Source of the DNA: Macrostomum lignano
Taxonomy: Eukaryota
DNA: 64,000 nucleotides
Direction of reading: 5' to 3'
Assembly (NCBI GenBank): GCA_002269645.1
Contig: NIVC01000446.1
Coordinates: 1 to 64,000 of the forward strand
The position numbers and the translations under genes are program-made. The notes below the pieces were generated by a model. It was not told the DNA's origin, did not search any database, and was given only the letters and a program-made list of their open reading frames with translations. Positions 61,310 through 64,000 of this stretch are shown here, one piece after another; the first letter of the stretch is position 1, and every line of letters begins with the position of its first letter.

Positions 61310-63335
61310 CCCCTTGGTGCTGGCGCCCCTTGATGCTAAAGCCCCTTGGTGCTGGCGCCCCTTGGTGTTGGCGCCCCTTGGTGCTGGCGCCCCTTGGTGC
61401 TGGCGCCCCTTGGTGCTGGCGCCCCTTGGTGCTGGCGCCCCTTGGTGCTGGCGCCCCTTGGTGCTGGCGCCCCTTGGTGCTGGCGCCCCTTGGTGCTAAA
61501 GCCCCTTGGTGCTAAAGCCCCTTGGTGCTAAAGCCCCTTGGTGCTAAAGCCCCTTGGTGCTAAAGCCCCTTGGTGCTAAAGCCCCTTGGTGCTAAAGCCC
61601 CTTGGTGCTAAAGCCCCTTGGTGCTGGCGCCCCTTGGTGCTAAAGCCCCTTGGTGCTAAAGCCCCTTGGTGCTGGCGCCCCTTGGTGCTAAAGCCCCTTG
61701 GTTCTAAAGCCCCTTGGTGCTGGCGCCCCTTGGTGCTGGCGCCCCTTGGTGCTGGCGCCCCTTGGTGCTGGCGCCCCTTGGTGCTGGCGCCCCTTGGTGC
61801 TGGCGCCCCTTGGTGCTGGCGCCCCTTGGTGCTAAAGCCCCTTGGTGCTGGCGCCCCTTGGTGCTAAAGCCCCTTGGTGCTAAAGCCCCTTGGTGCTAAA
61901 GCCCCTTGGTGCTAAAGCCCCTTGGTGCTAAAGCCCCTTGGTGCTAAAGCCCCTTGGTGCTAAAGCCCCTTGGTGCTAAAGCCCCTTGGTGCTAAAGCCC
62001 CTTGGTGCTAAAGCCCCTTGGTGCTAAAGCCCCTTGGTGCTAAAGCCCCTTGGTGCTAAAGCCCCTTGGTGCTAAAGCCCCTTGGTGCTAAAGCCCCTTG
62101 GTGCTAAAGCCCCTTGGTGCTAAAGCCCCTTGGTGCTAAAGCCCCTTGGTGCTAAAGCCCCTTGGTGCTAAAGCCCCTTGGTGCTAAAGCCCCTTGGTGC
62201 TAAAGCCCCTTGGTGCTAAAGCCCCTTGGTGCTAAAGCCCCTTGGTGCTAAAGCCCCTTGGTGCTAAAGCCCCTTGGTGCTAAAGCCCCTTGGTGCTAAA
62301 GCCCCTTGGTGCTAAAGCCCCTTGGTGCTAAAGCCCCTTGGTGCTAAAGCCCCTTGGTGCTAAAGCCCCTTGGTGCTAAAGCCCCTTGGTGCTAAAGCCC
62401 CTTGGTGCTAAAGCCCCTTGGTGCTAAAGCCCCTTGGTGCTAAAGCCCCTTGGTGCTAAAGCCCCCTTGGTGCTAAAGCCCCTTGGTGCTGGCGCCCCTT
62501 GGTGCTAAAGCCCCTTGGTGCTAAAGCCCCTTGGTGCTAAAGCCCCTTGGTGCTAAAGCCCCTTGGTGCTAAAGCCCCTTGGTGCTAAAGCCCCTTGGTG
62601 CTAAAGCCCCTTGGTGCTAAAGCCCCTTGGTGCTAAAGCCCCTTGGTGCTAAAGCCCCTTGGTGCTAAAGCCCCTTGGTGCTAAAGCCCCTTGGTGCTGC
62701 GCCCCTTGGTGCTAAAGCCCCCTTGGTGCTAAAGCCCCTTGGTGCTAAAGCCCCTTGGTGCTAAAGCCCCTTGGTGCTAAAGCCCCTTGGTGCTAAAGCC
62801 CCTTGGTGCTAAAGCCCCCTTGGTGCTAAAGCCCCTTGGTGCTAAAGCCCCTTGGTGCTAAAGCCCCTTGGTGCTAAAGCCCCTTGGTGCTAAAGCCCCT
62901 TGGTGCTAAAGCCCCTTGGTGCTAAAGCCCCTTGGTGCTAAAGCCCCTTGGTGCTAAAGCCCCTTGGTGCTGGCGCCCCTTGGTGCTGGCGCCCCTTGGT
63001 GCTGGCGCCCCTTGGTGCTAAAGCCCCTTGGTGCTAAAGCCCCTTGGTGCTAAAGCCCCTTGGTGCTAAAGCCCCTTGGTGCTAAAGCCCCTTGGTGCTA
63101 AAGCCCCTTGGTGCTAAAGCCCCTTGGTGCTAAAGCCCCTTGGTGCTAAAGCCCCTTGGTGCTAAAGCCCCTTGGTGCTAAAGCCCCTTGGTGCTAAAGC
63201 CCCTTGGTGCTGGCGCCCCTTGGTGCTAAAGCCCCCTTGGTGCTAAAGCCCCTTGGTGCTGGCGCCCCTTGGTGCTAAAGCCCCCTTGGTGCTAAAGCCC
63301 CTTGGTGCTAAAGCCCCTTGGTGCTAAAGCCCCTG
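61310..63335. repeat. 16-bp minisatellite (GCCCCTTGGTGCTAAA / GCCCCTTGGTGCTGGC)n, about 125 units
   Basis: Seen directly; two variant units occur in clusters. Confidence 0.97.
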
Positions 63336-64000
63336 GTCCCTCAAATGTCACCCACCAATTAAAACTCGTGCCTACGCCGGATTGTTATGAATCCTCTGCT
63401 TCATCTTTTCCAACAAAAGCTCTTACATCACTGTCAACCAAATCTATAAAACCTATAAAACCGCCTTCATTTGATTCCTTCAAAATCGCGAGCGTACGAG
63501 CGTATTCTATCCAGCCAATCCCAGGTACTTATAAAAAACTGTCATTAAATCAACAATTTGGAAATTAAAACAGTTTTTAAGGATTCGAGAATTTTCCTTC
63601 TTGGGTGCTAGGCAATTTGCCTGATTGAAAGATGAACCTGTAGAAGTGGATTGTCGAATGATTAATCACATCCGTAGCCGATTTTTATAAAAATTAATTC
63701 AAACGAGCAACGAATTAATATTTGAGAAAGGCAGCAGGATGTTTTTGCTTTTTTACCTTAAACAAGCAGAAGACTTATTAGTGCATTCGGGAAATTTCTG
63801 CGACGACGTGAACCGCCCCTCAGTGCCCCTGCACTGTCGAGTAACTGATTTTTTCATCGAATTTCCCATGTGACTTCAGCCGGAGAAATAGGGGCTCCCG
63901 CATTCGATCGGGCATCAGCAGTTTTTTTGCATTGCTCACTATGATTCGAGCATCAGGGCAGGTTAGAGCAATGTCAGTATTGTGAAAACATTCCTGTTGC

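Noticed and set aside
63380-64000. Possible minus-strand exons at the window end (e.g. PGIGWIEYARTLAILKESNEGGFIGFIDLV...)
   Set aside because: Protein-like, but with no recognisable motif and no consistent splice phase; cannot be supported without flanking sequence.

Overview
Animal genomic DNA with GT-AG spliced genes and abundant minisatellites. The many intronic tandem arrays, GC-rich poly-Gln exons and AT-rich spacers suggest a free-living flatworm such as Macrostomum; this is inferred from sequence style only. Recognisable genes: RSPH3 (-), FDX1/adrenodoxin (+), PAF1 (+), SHPRH (+, 11 exons, locally frameshifted), FNIP (+), two near-identical RPLP2 copies (+) and FBXO4 (-). Around them lie about 25 different tandem arrays, several MITEs, tRNA-derived SINEs and an RTE-type LINE remnant. 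The most striking signal is a ~4.6-kb island (about 16.2-20.8 kb) that is almost free of CpG and rich in TpA. It holds a RecQ-helicase reading frame and a MULE-like MITE, both riddled with C>T/G>A transitions in CpA/TpG and CpG contexts, resembling fungal RIP-type hypermutation in an animal genome. Most long ORFs in the supplied track are artefacts of tandem repeats.
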